DNA of 64,000 nt from Candidatus Omnitrophota bacterium. GTDB taxonomy: Bacteria; Omnitrophota; Gorgyraeia; Zapsychrales; JBAZNR01. The notes under the pieces are model-generated. The model ran no database searches. It saw nothing but the letters and a program-made list of their open reading frames with translations, and had not been told where the DNA came from. The stretch's first letter is position 1. Each line of letters starts with the position of its first letter. Where the stretch lies: contig JBAZNR010000001.1 of the NCBI GenBank assembly GCA_041649175.1, positions 847,497 to 911,496 of the forward strand, read 5' to 3'. This document shows, in pieces, positions 15,831 to 24,359 of this stretch. The position numbers and the translations under genes were made by a program.

Positions 15831-18146
15831 ATGAAAACCAGACCGTTTTTCATTCCAAAAGAATGGCTGTCAAGGACCGCAATCCTTGCTGTTGTGTACT
15901 GCATTGTGGCTTGCGCGAGCCTATCGCTGGCTCTTCCCAAAACAAATGTCTCGCCTGTTTGGCCTCCCTCGGGTATTGCTTTTGCGGCTATTTTGCTTTT
16001 TGGGTACCGCATCTGGCCCGGTATCGCGTTAGGATCGTTCCTTGCGAATGTGATCACTTTCGTTGCTAATGGAACGACGAGCGTGCCGCTGGCTATTACT
16101 GCTTCTTTTTTTATCGGGATCGGGAATGCTTTAGAAGCATTATCGGGCATGGTGCTTTTAAAGTTTTTTCTTGGTTCTCAGAATCCTCTTAGCTGCAGTA
16201 AAAATGTTCTTAAGTTTATTTTTGTCGCACTTTTGGCGCCTATTGTAAGTTGTACGATCGGGCCAACTGTTATCTGCCTTTTAAAAATAGTTCCTTGGGA
16301 TATTTATTTAACGATCTGGCATACATGGTGGTCGGGCGATGCCACCGGGATCTTGATCTTTACTCCTATTTTACTTACCTGGTATAAAGATTCCGGAGAA
16401 GAGTGGACGATAACGCAGTTCGTTCAATCCATAACTTCACTGGCGCTTTTGTTTGTTGTCAGCCTCTTGATATTTGGAGGGAAACCGCAGCTAAGGGCGA
16501 TCTATTCTTCTTTTACCTTTATTCTCATACCGATCATTGTATGGACGGCATTTCGATTTGGGCAAAGAGGCGTGGCGCTATCTATGCTTGTTATTCTGGG
16601 AACAGCCATCTGGAAGACAGTCCATGGATTTGGCCCTTTTGCCGTTGGGTCAATGAATGAATCGCTGGTCCTCTTGCAATCTTTCATAGGTGTTGTCGCT
16701 GTTACGGGATTAATCCTGGCTGCATTGCTTGCGGATCGCCGTAACGCGGAAGAGATCTCAAGGCAATTAGCCGCTATTGTGGATTCTTCCGATGATGCCA
16801 TTATCGGCAAAACGTTAAACGGCAATATCATCAGTTGGAATAAGGGCGCTGAACAGCTTTATGGTTTTAAATCCGAAGAAGTTTTAGGCCAATTCATAGG
16901 TATTCTTACGCCGGATGGAAAATTAGATGAGGCCTCTGAGATTTTGAATCATATCAGCCGAGGAGATAAGGTAGATCATTATGTAACGCAGCGCAAGTGT
17001 AAAGATGGAAAGATCATTTATGTCTCCTTAACGATCTCGCCGGTTTTTAACGCGGCCGGAAAGCTTATTGGCGCGTCATCGATCGCGCGAGATGTTACGG
17101 ATAGAATTACGGCAGACAATAATCTAAAAATCCTAAAAAATCAACTGGAGTTTGAGAAAACCAAGCTAGAAGAAGTTTTAAATATCGAAGAAGGCCTTAA
17201 TACGATCATCAATTCAGAAAAATTAATTGATTTTATTGTTTTAAAAACAGCGCAAGTTTTAGACGCTGAGCGATGTTCCTTGATGCTGATTGATGAACAT
17301 GCCCAAGAGTTGTGCATTAAAGGGCATAGGGACTTGGGAGAGAATATTGTTAAGAGAAATCGTTTAAAGGTTGGAATGCCTATTGCGGGCCAAGTGGCTC
17401 AAGACGGGGAACCTATCCTGGTTACTGATATTGAATCGGATAGCCGTTTTGCCAGAAAAAACAGGGCTTCCTGCAAAAGCAAATCATTTTTAATCGCTCC
17501 CATCAAGTTAGATCGTCATGTGATGGGAGTGATCAATGTGACCGATAAAAATTCCCTTGGCAAAGATGGCGTATTCTCTGAAATAGATCTAAAAATTCTT
17601 TGCATGATCAGCCGTCAAGTCGCTGTCGCTATTGAGAATGCCAAGCTTTATCGAGAATTAAATTATCTCACAGTCACTGACCCGATGACAAATATGTATA
17701 ATTATCGTTATTTTACGAAAAGTTTAGACCATGAAATCATGCGGCTTAAACGCCACCCAGGGTCATTATGCCTGCTGATGATGGATGTTGATAATTTCAA
17801 AGTTTATAACGATACATTTGGCCATCAAGAAGGGGATAAATTGCTTAGAACAATCGGACAGGCTCTTGCTAAGACATTAAGAGATACAGATGTGGCATGC
17901 CGTTATGCGGGTGATGAGTTTGTGGCCATTTTGCCTCATACAGCTATTTCTCAGGCAAAAATTGTTGCGGAGAAAATCAAAAGAAAAATAGAGAGCATTT
18001 CTTCTAAGGAAAAAATAACTCTTAGCATTGGCATTGCCAATTATACAGACCCTTCGGACAGATATGACCTGATCTTAAAAGCGGACACCGCCTTATATGC
18101 CGCTAAGAAAAACGGTAAAAATAAAGTTCATGCCCACCATGAATAA
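15831..18146 (+). CDS. Membrane sensor diguanylate cyclase: MASE1 - PAS - GAF - GGDEF (motif variant AGDEF)
   Basis: 771 aa. The N-terminal about 300-aa polytopic MASE1-like domain carries the VWPPSGIAFAAILLFGYRIWPGI signature. A PAS domain (...IIGKTLNGNIISWNKGAEQLYGF...) and a GAF domain follow. The GGDEF domain has DVDNFKVYNDTFGHQEGD, an I-site-like RDTD and an active-site motif RYAGDEF. Confidence 0.85.
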   Translation: MKTRPFFIPKEWLSRTAILAVVYCIVACASLSLALPKTNVSPVWPPSGIAFAAILLFGYRIWPGIALGSFLANVITFVANGTTSVPLAITASFFIGIGNALEALSGMVLLKFFLGSQNPLSCSKNVLKFIFVALLAPIVSCTIGPTVICLLKIVPWDIYLTIWHTWWSGDATGILIFTPILLTWYKDSGEEWTITQFVQSITSLALLFVVSLLIFGGKPQLRAIYSSFTFILIPIIVWTAFRFGQRGVALSMLVILGTAIWKTVHGFGPFAVGSMNESLVLLQSFIGVVAVTGLILAALLADRRNAEEISRQLAAIVDSSDDAIIGKTLNGNIISWNKGAEQLYGFKSEEVLGQFIGILTPDGKLDEASEILNHISRGDKVDHYVTQRKCKDGKIIYVSLTISPVFNAAGKLIGASSIARDVTDRITADNNLKILKNQLEFEKTKLEEVLNIEEGLNTIINSEKLIDFIVLKTAQVLDAERCSLMLIDEHAQELCIKGHRDLGENIVKRNRLKVGMPIAGQVAQDGEPILVTDIESDSRFARKNRASCKSKSFLIAPIKLDRHVMGVINVTDKNSLGKDGVFSEIDLKILCMISRQVAVAIENAKLYRELNYLTVTDPMTNMYNYRYFTKSLDHEIMRLKRHPGSLCLLMMDVDNFKVYNDTFGHQEGDKLLRTIGQALAKTLRDTDVACRYAGDEFVAILPHTAISQAKIVAEKIKRKIESISSKEKITLSIGIANYTDPSDRYDLILKADTALYAAKKNGKNKVHAHHE

Positions 18147-18199
18147 GTGATAAAACCTGGTTTTAAGATCGGGGAAGTCGGGCGTTACTAAAAAAAATC

Positions 18200-18228
18200 T
18201 TGACACATAAAATAAAATCGGTATTATA
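18200..18228 (+). promoter_or_regulatory. sigma70-type promoter TTGACA-16-TATTAT in the GGDEF 3' intergenic region
   Basis: TTGACA at 18200-18205 and TATTAT at 18222-18227. Followed about 60 nt later by a terminator-like hairpin. Confidence 0.4.
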
Positions 18229-18287
18229 AACCGTATATAAGTACTCAGTTGACGTATTTAAACCAGCGGTCAGCGATCTTGAATCCA

Positions 18288-18322
18288 GAGCCCACACTTT
18301 AGAAAATGTTTGGGCTTTTTTT
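18288..18322 (+). terminator. Terminator-like hairpin with 7-T run
   Basis: AGCCCACAC-tttagaaaatg-TTTGGGCT followed by TTTTTTT. Shares the 13-mer AATCCAGAGCCCA (18282-18294) with the hairpin at 18627. Confidence 0.5.
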
Positions 18323-18354
18323 AATAATAAGGTGATAGTCTTTACAGCGATCCA

Positions 18355-18585
18355 ATGAAAGAAAAAACCATAGAAAGAAACGGAGAAAAGATCATCGAGG
18401 TCCGCTCGGATGGCGGGAAGCTCCTTTTTATCAAAACAAAAACGGGATATGAAATGAAGTGTCCCCGGACCAAGACGATCTGCTTGGTCAAATATGAAGA
18501 AATGCTGAAAGATTGCGTGAAATGTTTAGAAGAAAATGTTGGTAGGGAAGATTTGCTGAGTTTTATCGAGAAGGATCATAAGTAG
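18355..18585 (+). CDS. Small hypothetical protein with a Cys4 (CX6C...CX2C) arrangement
   Basis: 76 aa. MKEKTIERNGEKIIEV...KCPRTKTICLVKYEEMLKDCVKCLEE. Poor Shine-Dalgarno sequence. Flanked by two related hairpin elements. Coding status uncertain. Confidence 0.35.
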   Translation: MKEKTIERNGEKIIEVRSDGGKLLFIKTKTGYEMKCPRTKTICLVKYEEMLKDCVKCLEENVGREDLLSFIEKDHK

Positions 18586-18632
18586 ACGTACGTTGATTTA
18601 AAGTTTGTTAGCGGCCGGAGATTTTAAATCCA

Positions 18633-18674
18633 GAGCCCATTTCAAATCATGATTTGAAATGGGCTCCTTGTTTT
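18633..18674 (+). terminator. Strong intrinsic terminator (perfect 17-bp palindrome plus T-run)
   Basis: GAGCCCATTTCAAATCA|TGATTTGAAATGGGCTC followed by CTTGTTTT. Preceded by the same 13-mer AATCCAGAGCCCA as at 18282. Confidence 0.7.
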
Positions 18675-18712
18675 AGAAAATTTTATCAATCACGATTAAG
18701 AGCGGAGGAAAA

Positions 18713-20092
18713 ATGAAAGTATTGCTTAGAAGTGTTTGCGTAGTGCTTTTTTTGACAATTTTTCTATCGTGGCCTGTCGGAGCCGAAACAATAGAAGACA
18801 TTAAAGTGATGATGGATCAGATGAAAACAGATTATGAAACACGCATCAAAGAATTAGAAGGGAAAGTTGAGGCGCTGGGTGTTCAACAAAAAAAGGATAG
18901 CGCCAAGATCAGTGAAGTCGCAACAAAGCACGAAGAACAAGTTGCTCAAATAGAGCAAAAAATCGAAAACACAGCGCTGGATGTTGAATACGTAGGCCGC
19001 GATAAAGCTCCGGTTGGTCGAGGTGGCCTTCTGGTAAAAAATCCTTTTGGTTTTGGAAATGTGTCAGTGGGCGGCTACGTGGATCTGGAGTATGGTGATT
19101 TTGAAAATACCAATTCTGCTTTTACTCAACATCGCTGGGTTATTAATATTGGCGCATTTCCGCACGAGCGTTTACGCTTTAACTCGGAACTTGAAATCGA
19201 ATATGGCGGCCCTAACGTGCCCAATGCGGACGGAGAAGTTAAGGTGGAGCAAGCTTATGTGGATTATATGATCTCTAATCCGATCAATTTAAGGGCCGGC
19301 GCTATTTTAGTTCCGTTCGGCAGGTATAATCTTTATCATGATTCTGATCTGCAAAATTTGACCGATCGTCCGATCATGGCCAAAGATATTATTCCAACGA
19401 CGTGGACCGAAGCCGGAGCGGGGATTTTTGGCCAATTTAATCCTGTCTTTGGAACGTATGAAGACCTGGATCTGAAATATGAACTTTACGTAGTAAATGG
19501 TTTGGATGCAGGATTTTCAGATACCGGATTAGGCGGCGGCCGCCCGGGTTTAAAGGCGGACAATAATGACGACAAATCGGTCGTCGGCCGTTTGGCCGTA
19601 AGTCCTTTTCTCAATCAAGAATTTGGTGTTAGCGGCTACTGGGGAGAATACAATACGACCAATGATGATATCGCTGGGGTTGGATTAGATGCGCTAACGA
19701 CATTTGGGCCGTTTGAACTGATCAATGAGTATGCCTATTTCAGTGTGGAAGAATCTGATAATGTTGATGTGGCTAATTTCTTTCAAGGTGCCTACAGCCA
19801 ATTGAACTATCATTTTTGGCCGAAATTCTTGGACCATTCATTCTTGGGACGAGGATTTCAAGATCCTAAGCTGACATTAGTCGGCCGTTATGATTGGGTT
19901 CTTATCGGGGATGATACCGATAGCTCATCTTCGGATAATAATGAAGAGACTCGTTGGACGATGGGCATTAATTATCGGCCCATTGATAATTTTGTATTTA
20001 AACTGGAATATCAATGGAATCAAACGACGGACGAGGCTTTGGAGCGCGGAGATAATAACGGGTTTCTTACTTCAGTGGCGATTGGATTCTAG
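18713..20092 (+). CDS. Putative outer-membrane beta-barrel porin (OprO/P-like) with N-terminal coiled-coil
   Basis: 459 aa. Signal peptide (...SWPVGA|ETIED), about 70 aa of heptad-like coiled coil, then alternating-hydrophobic beta-strand-rich sequence ending in ...SVAIGF (C-terminal Phe typical of OMPs). Good Shine-Dalgarno sequence GGAGGAAAAATG. Confidence 0.5.
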   Translation: MKVLLRSVCVVLFLTIFLSWPVGAETIEDIKVMMDQMKTDYETRIKELEGKVEALGVQQKKDSAKISEVATKHEEQVAQIEQKIENTALDVEYVGRDKAPVGRGGLLVKNPFGFGNVSVGGYVDLEYGDFENTNSAFTQHRWVINIGAFPHERLRFNSELEIEYGGPNVPNADGEVKVEQAYVDYMISNPINLRAGAILVPFGRYNLYHDSDLQNLTDRPIMAKDIIPTTWTEAGAGIFGQFNPVFGTYEDLDLKYELYVVNGLDAGFSDTGLGGGRPGLKADNNDDKSVVGRLAVSPFLNQEFGVSGYWGEYNTTNDDIAGVGLDALTTFGPFELINEYAYFSVEESDNVDVANFFQGAYSQLNYHFWPKFLDHSFLGRGFQDPKLTLVGRYDWVLIGDDTDSSSSDNNEETRWTMGINYRPIDNFVFKLEYQWNQTTDEALERGDNNGFLTSVAIGF

Positions 20093-20583
20093 TGGTTATC
20101 CCTCGGCAATTTAAAACGATCTCTTTTCAGGCTCTTTGTGTTCCGGCCATTGTTCTTGTGGTCGGGGCGCAGGGACTTGCCGCGGTCTATCTATCTATTG
20201 AGGAAGCGCAGCAAGCGATTTTCCCGGGAGAAACCTTTACCGTGGTTGAGCTTAATAAAAAACCGAAAATTTGGCGCGCGAGCCAAGGCGGGTTTTTCAT
20301 CATCGATAAAGTGATCGGAAAACATGAATGGATCACCTATGCGTTAGGCATAAATCCGGACGGAAGCATTCGTCAAATTGAGATCATGGAATACAGGGAA
20401 GCGTATGGCTTTGAAGTCTGTCAGAAAAAATGGCGAAAACAATTTATCGGAAAAACAAACACAGCGGCTCTAAAACTTAATGCGGATATCAAAAACATTA
20501 GCGGAGCAACATTATCCTGCCGCCACGTAACGGATGGCGTCAAAGACCTCATGGAGCTTTATGAAACTGTCCTTAAGAAATGA
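20092..20583 (+). CDS. FMN-binding-domain protein (FMN_bind, flavinylation substrate) with N-terminal signal/anchor
   Basis: 163 aa. N-terminal hydrophobic segment. C-terminal ...NISGATLSCRHV matches the [S/T]GAT flavinylation motif of NqrC/RnfG-type FMN_bind domains. GTG start overlaps the porin stop (TAGTG). Confidence 0.65.
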   Translation: MVIPRQFKTISFQALCVPAIVLVVGAQGLAAVYLSIEEAQQAIFPGETFTVVELNKKPKIWRASQGGFFIIDKVIGKHEWITYALGINPDGSIRQIEIMEYREAYGFEVCQKKWRKQFIGKTNTAALKLNADIKNISGATLSCRHVTDGVKDLMELYETVLKK

Positions 20584-21466
20584 GATCCGGCGCTGCCGTC
20601 CTTTGCTAGGGACGTTTGTGGAAATAACGGTAGAAAATGACGGGGCCGAAAAAGCGCAAAAGGCGATTGACCACGCTTTTTCGGCCCTTGAACGCATTCA
20701 TAAGCTCATGAGTTTCCATGCTGCTGACAGCGAAGTTTCGAAGCTTAATCGCTTGGCTTTTGATCAACCTGTTCGTGTCAGCCTGCCAACATATAATGTT
20801 CTTAAACAGGCTAAAAAAATCTATCAGCTTACCAAAGGTATTTTTGATATTGCTATTGCGCCGGAATTAATGCGTTGGAAATTTTTGCCGTGCCATTCAT
20901 TTCTTAAGAAACGTTCGAGATATTCCGGCAGTACGCGGGACATCAAACTTTTTCCGAACAGATCTGTTCGTTTCTTGCGTCCTTTGCAAATAGATTTAGG
21001 CGGCATTGCGAAAGGATTTGCCGTTGATGAAGCCGTGAGAGTTTTAAAAGAAAATGGCATCAAGAGCGGCTTGGTCAACGCGGGAGGAGATCTGCGTTGT
21101 TTTGGCGAGCAGTCACATTCCATTTGGATCCGTCATCCCAAAAACCATGATCAATTTATTTCTTTTCCTGCCGCCCAAAATCTTTCTCTCGCTACTTCGG
21201 CTAATTCTTATCAGGGGCGATGGAAAAAAACGGGATGCGTACACGTTGATGGACAAAGCCGCCAGCCGTTATTTCGCTCCTTTAGTGTTTCGGTATACGC
21301 TGGTTCATGCCTTATCGCTGACGCGTTGACCAAGGTTGTCCTTGCTATCGGGGAAAGGTCCAATCCTCTTCTGGAGAAGTTAAATGCCGCGGCTTTTATC
21401 GTTCAGGCGGATGACAAAATATTATGTTACAATAAAGAAACTTATGAAAAATTATATTCGTTTTAG
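20561..21466 (+). CDS. apbE: FAD:protein FMN transferase (ApbE family)
   Basis: About 301 aa. Conserved ApbE motifs LGTFVEI, GIFDIAIAPEL, DLGGIAKGFAVDEA and NAGGD. Start trimmed to the ATG at 20561, which overlaps the preceding gene by 23 nt. No obvious signal peptide. Confidence 0.85.
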   Translation: MKLSLRNEIRRCRPLLGTFVEITVENDGAEKAQKAIDHAFSALERIHKLMSFHAADSEVSKLNRLAFDQPVRVSLPTYNVLKQAKKIYQLTKGIFDIAIAPELMRWKFLPCHSFLKKRSRYSGSTRDIKLFPNRSVRFLRPLQIDLGGIAKGFAVDEAVRVLKENGIKSGLVNAGGDLRCFGEQSHSIWIRHPKNHDQFISFPAAQNLSLATSANSYQGRWKKTGCVHVDGQSRQPLFRSFSVSVYAGSCLIADALTKVVLAIGERSNPLLEKLNAAAFIVQADDKILCYNKETYEKLYSF

Positions 21467-21893
21467 CCCTAATTTAAGAAAATGGTTTTACGGCATATTC
21501 GGCCTATTATTTCTTTCCGGTTTTTTATGGATTGTGGTGCACAATTTTCTCGCCGGAGCTGATGATTTTGATGCGCCGCAAAGTTTTTTTAAAACCTGGC
21601 TTCTTAAGATTCACGGCGCCGGCGCAATGGCTTCTTTAGTCATATTCGGTGTCTTAATTCCGTCTCATATGCGCCGTGGTTGGCAACAAAATCGAAACAG
21701 AACGACCGCTGTTGTGATGATCCTAGCGTGCTTTCTATTAATTGTCAGCGGATACGCATTGTATTATTGCGGCAGTGAAGAATTGCGCTTGTTCGTTAGC
21801 AGTTTTCACTCTTGGGTGGGATGTGTATTGCCGCTTTTGCTCATCTGGCATATTGCCAGGGGGCGTAAAAGCAACTCTGCGCCGCGCGCGTGA
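21444..21893 (+). CDS. Small 4-TM histidine-rich membrane protein (DUF4405 / cytochrome-b-like candidate)
   Basis: Four predicted TM helices with conserved-looking His residues (VVHNF, KIHGAG, PSHMRRG, IWHIARG). Overlaps the end of apbE. Start choice uncertain (alternatives 21384 or 21411). Confidence 0.45.
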   Translation: MKNYIRFSPNLRKWFYGIFGLLFLSGFLWIVVHNFLAGADDFDAPQSFFKTWLLKIHGAGAMASLVIFGVLIPSHMRRGWQQNRNRTTAVVMILACFLLIVSGYALYYCGSEELRLFVSSFHSWVGCVLPLLLIWHIARGRKSNSAPRA

Positions 21894-21954
21894 GCGAAAA
21901 TCAATGAATATTCAATCTCTCCTGATCGCCTTCCGCTTCTTTGTACATTAAAAA

Positions 21955-21982
21955 TTGTAAATCTGAAATGTTTTGATATAAT
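21955..21982 (+). promoter_or_regulatory. sigma70-type promoter TTGTAA-16-TATAAT upstream of the otsA leader
   Basis: TTGTAA at 21955-21960 and TATAAT at 21977-21982. About 125 nt upstream of the otsA ATG, with two hairpins in between. Confidence 0.4.
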
Positions 21983-22047
21983 AAACGAGCAATTTAAAAA
22001 ATTTCACGGGTTCGGAAGAATTATTCTTTCGAAGGATTTTGATGGTC

Positions 22048-22089
22048 GGGCCGCCATCTGATAAACAATCAGATGGCGGCCCGTTTTTT
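22048..22089 (+). terminator. Intrinsic terminator hairpin (14-bp stem plus T6) located 18 nt upstream of the otsA Shine-Dalgarno sequence
   Basis: GGGCCGCCATCTGA-taaacaa-TCAGATGGCGGCCC-G-TTTTTT, followed by AGGAG and ATG at 22107. Confidence 0.65.
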
Positions 22090-22106
22090 AAAATAGGAGT
22101 TAAATA

Positions 22107-24353
22107 ATGAAAATAACTTTAAGGCTTATTTTTTCTTTGATCTTCATTGTGGCTATCGTTGCGTTTTCTTTTTCATTTTGGCAAGCACGCCAAGAAGAGG
22201 AGCGCCTAAAAAGCGAACTGGAGAGAAGAGCTAATATAGTTGCCGACAGCTTAAAAATGTCAGTTGAGCCGTTGCTGCTCATGGATGACCAGAAGCATCT
22301 TCATCGCATTGTTGATAAGTTTTCTAACAGAGAGAGGCTTGTTGGCATTGCTATCCACGATGTCCAGGAAAATCTCATTTTAGCTTCAGCCGATCTTCAG
22401 GCGCAATTGCAAAGAAATCCCAAAGTCATTGCGCCTAATATCCAAGAAGTTGAGAGATCGAACACCGAACGTGGCAAATTCATTAATTTTGGAAAACAGC
22501 AGTTGCACGCTTATTCGGTTCCGCTATTAGCAAATGAAAAAACCAGCCATGTGCTGACCATTTTTCATGACGCGGCCTATATCCAGGACCGGGTGGAGAG
22601 AATTTGGGTCAATAGTTTTTGGAGAGCTTTGATACAAGCTTTTCTGATCTCCCTTGCGACCATGATCCTTGTTTACCTTAATATCATGGCTCCGATTAAA
22701 AAAACAACCGAATGGATAAAGAAGATCAGGAAGGGGGAATCTCCGGAAAAGCTAGATCTTAAAGGACAACAACTTTTGGGGCCCTTGGCAAAAGAGATCA
22801 CCAAAATGGCTAAGAGTTTAGAGGGGGCTAGGCTTTCGGCGGAAGAAGAAGCGCGGTTGCGCCACACCACAGAATCTCTTTGGACACCAGAACGGTTAAA
22901 GGAATTTGTAAAAGATAAGTTGCAGGGACGGCCGCTTTTTGTGGTTTCAAACCGTGAGCCGTATATGCACATCAAAAAAGGAAAAGAGATCGGATACATT
23001 GTTCCGGCTAGCGGGCTTGTGACGGCGATCGAGCCGGTGTTAAAGGCCTGCGGGGGTACTTGGATCGCTCAGGGGAGCGGTGATGCCGATCGTGAGATGG
23101 TGGATAAAAATGATAAATTAAGAGTTCCTCCGGAAGAGCCGCAATATGTATTAAGGCGAATTTGGATCGAAAAAGAACTAGAAGACGGATTTTATTCCGG
23201 ATTTTCCAACGAAGGATTGTGGCCTCTTTGTCATATTGCGCATACTCGGCCCATTTTCAGAGAAAAAGATTGGTTGGCTTATATGGCGGTCAACGAACAA
23301 TTTGCTTCGGCCGTTATTAAGGAATTGGAAGGAATTCCCGAGCCTAATGTGCTTATTCAAGATTATCATTTTGCTTTGCTTCCCGGAATGATCAAGGCCC
23401 AGCGCCCGGACGCGCGAGTAGCTATTTTTTGGCATATTCCGTGGCCCAATCCGGAATCGTTCGGTATTTGCCCTTGGCAAAAAGAAATTTTACAGGGAAT
23501 GTTGGGCGCGGACATTGTTGGTTTTCACACCCAATTTCACTGTAATAATTTCGCGGAAACAGTAGACCGGTTTTTGGAATCTCGTATTGACTACGAACAT
23601 TTTACGGTTAATCGGGAGGGACATACGTCCTGGATCAAACCTTTCCCTATCAGCATTGATTCTAATTTAGCCGGCAATACTTCTCTGGAGATCAAAGAAA
23701 CAAAAGAAAGCCTCTTACGGAAATATAATATTCAAGCGGATTATATGGGAGTAGGCGTGGACCGTTTGGATTATACCAAAGGAATTGTTGAGAGGTTTCG
23801 TGCTGTTGAAAGTTTCTTGGAAAAAAATCCGCAATATGTCGGAAAGTTTACTTTTGTAGAGCTGGGAGCTCCTAGCCGGACGATGATCGCTAAGTATAAG
23901 GAGTTTGTGGATGATGTTATTCAGGTTACCGAAAAGATCAACGCGCGGTTTAGAACGAAAACATGGCAGCCGATCTTATTTTTAATGAAGCATCATAGTC
24001 ATGCGGAGATCTTACCGTTTTACAGAGCGGCCGATGTGTGTTTGGTAACTTCTTTGCATGACGGGATGAATTTAGTTGCTAAAGAATTCGTGTCTGCTCG
24101 CGATGATGAAAAGGGTGTTTTAGTTTTAAGCCAGTTTACCGGAGCGGCACGTGAATTGCGGGATGCCCTCATTGTTAATCCTTATGATATCGGACAAACT
24201 GCTGAGGCTATCAAAGTCGCTTTAGAAATGCCGGCATCAGAGCAGAAGGAAAGAATGGAGAGCATGAGAGGATTGCTTAAAGATCATAATATTTATCGTT
24301 GGGCCAGCGCGCTAGTCGGAGAGCTTGCCCAAGTGAGGTTGAACAAAACTTAA
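22107..24353 (+). CDS. otsA: Trehalose-6-phosphate synthase (GT20, OtsA) fused to an N-terminal TM - periplasmic sensor - TM - HAMP module
   Basis: 748 aa. Residues 1-270 carry TM1 ([19 protein letters not shown]), an about 145-aa extracytoplasmic domain, TM2, and a HAMP-like amphipathic linker ([16 protein letters not shown]...[14 protein letters not shown]). Residues 270-748 are a complete GT20 domain (FVVSNREPY..., GGLVTAIEP, ...[11 protein letters not shown]...). Confidence 0.85.
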   Translation: MKITLRLIFSLIFIVAIVAFSFSFWQARQEEERLKSELERRANIVADSLKMSVEPLLLMDDQKHLHRIVDKFSNRERLVGIAIHDVQENLILASADLQAQLQRNPKVIAPNIQEVERSNTERGKFINFGKQQLHAYSVPLLANEKTSHVLTIFHDAAYIQDRVERIWVNSFWRALIQAFLISLATMILVYLNIMAPIKKTTEWIKKIRKGESPEKLDLKGQQLLGPLAKEITKMAKSLEGARLSAEEEARLRHTTESLWTPERLKEFVKDKLQGRPLFVVSNREPYMHIKKGKEIGYIVPASGLVTAIEPVLKACGGTWIAQGSGDADREMVDKNDKLRVPPEEPQYVLRRIWIEKELEDGFYSGFSNEGLWPLCHIAHTRPIFREKDWLAYMAVNEQFASAVIKELEGIPEPNVLIQDYHFALLPGMIKAQRPDARVAIFWHIPWPNPESFGICPWQKEILQGMLGADIVGFHTQFHCNNFAETVDRFLESRIDYEHFTVNREGHTSWIKPFPISIDSNLAGNTSLEIKETKESLLRKYNIQADYMGVGVDRLDYTKGIVERFRAVESFLEKNPQYVGKFTFVELGAPSRTMIAKYKEFVDDVIQVTEKINARFRTKTWQPILFLMKHHSHAEILPFYRAADVCLVTSLHDGMNLVAKEFVSARDDEKGVLVLSQFTGAARELRDALIVNPYDIGQTAEAIKVALEMPASEQKERMESMRGLLKDHNIYRWASALVGELAQVRLNKT

Positions 24354-24359
24354 AAAAAT

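Noticed and set aside
20534-20560. Longer apbE start at 20534 (MASKTSWSF...)
   Set aside because: It would overlap the FMN_bind gene by 50 nt and adds no signal peptide or conserved residues. The ATG at 20561 gives a more typical overlap. Still uncertain.
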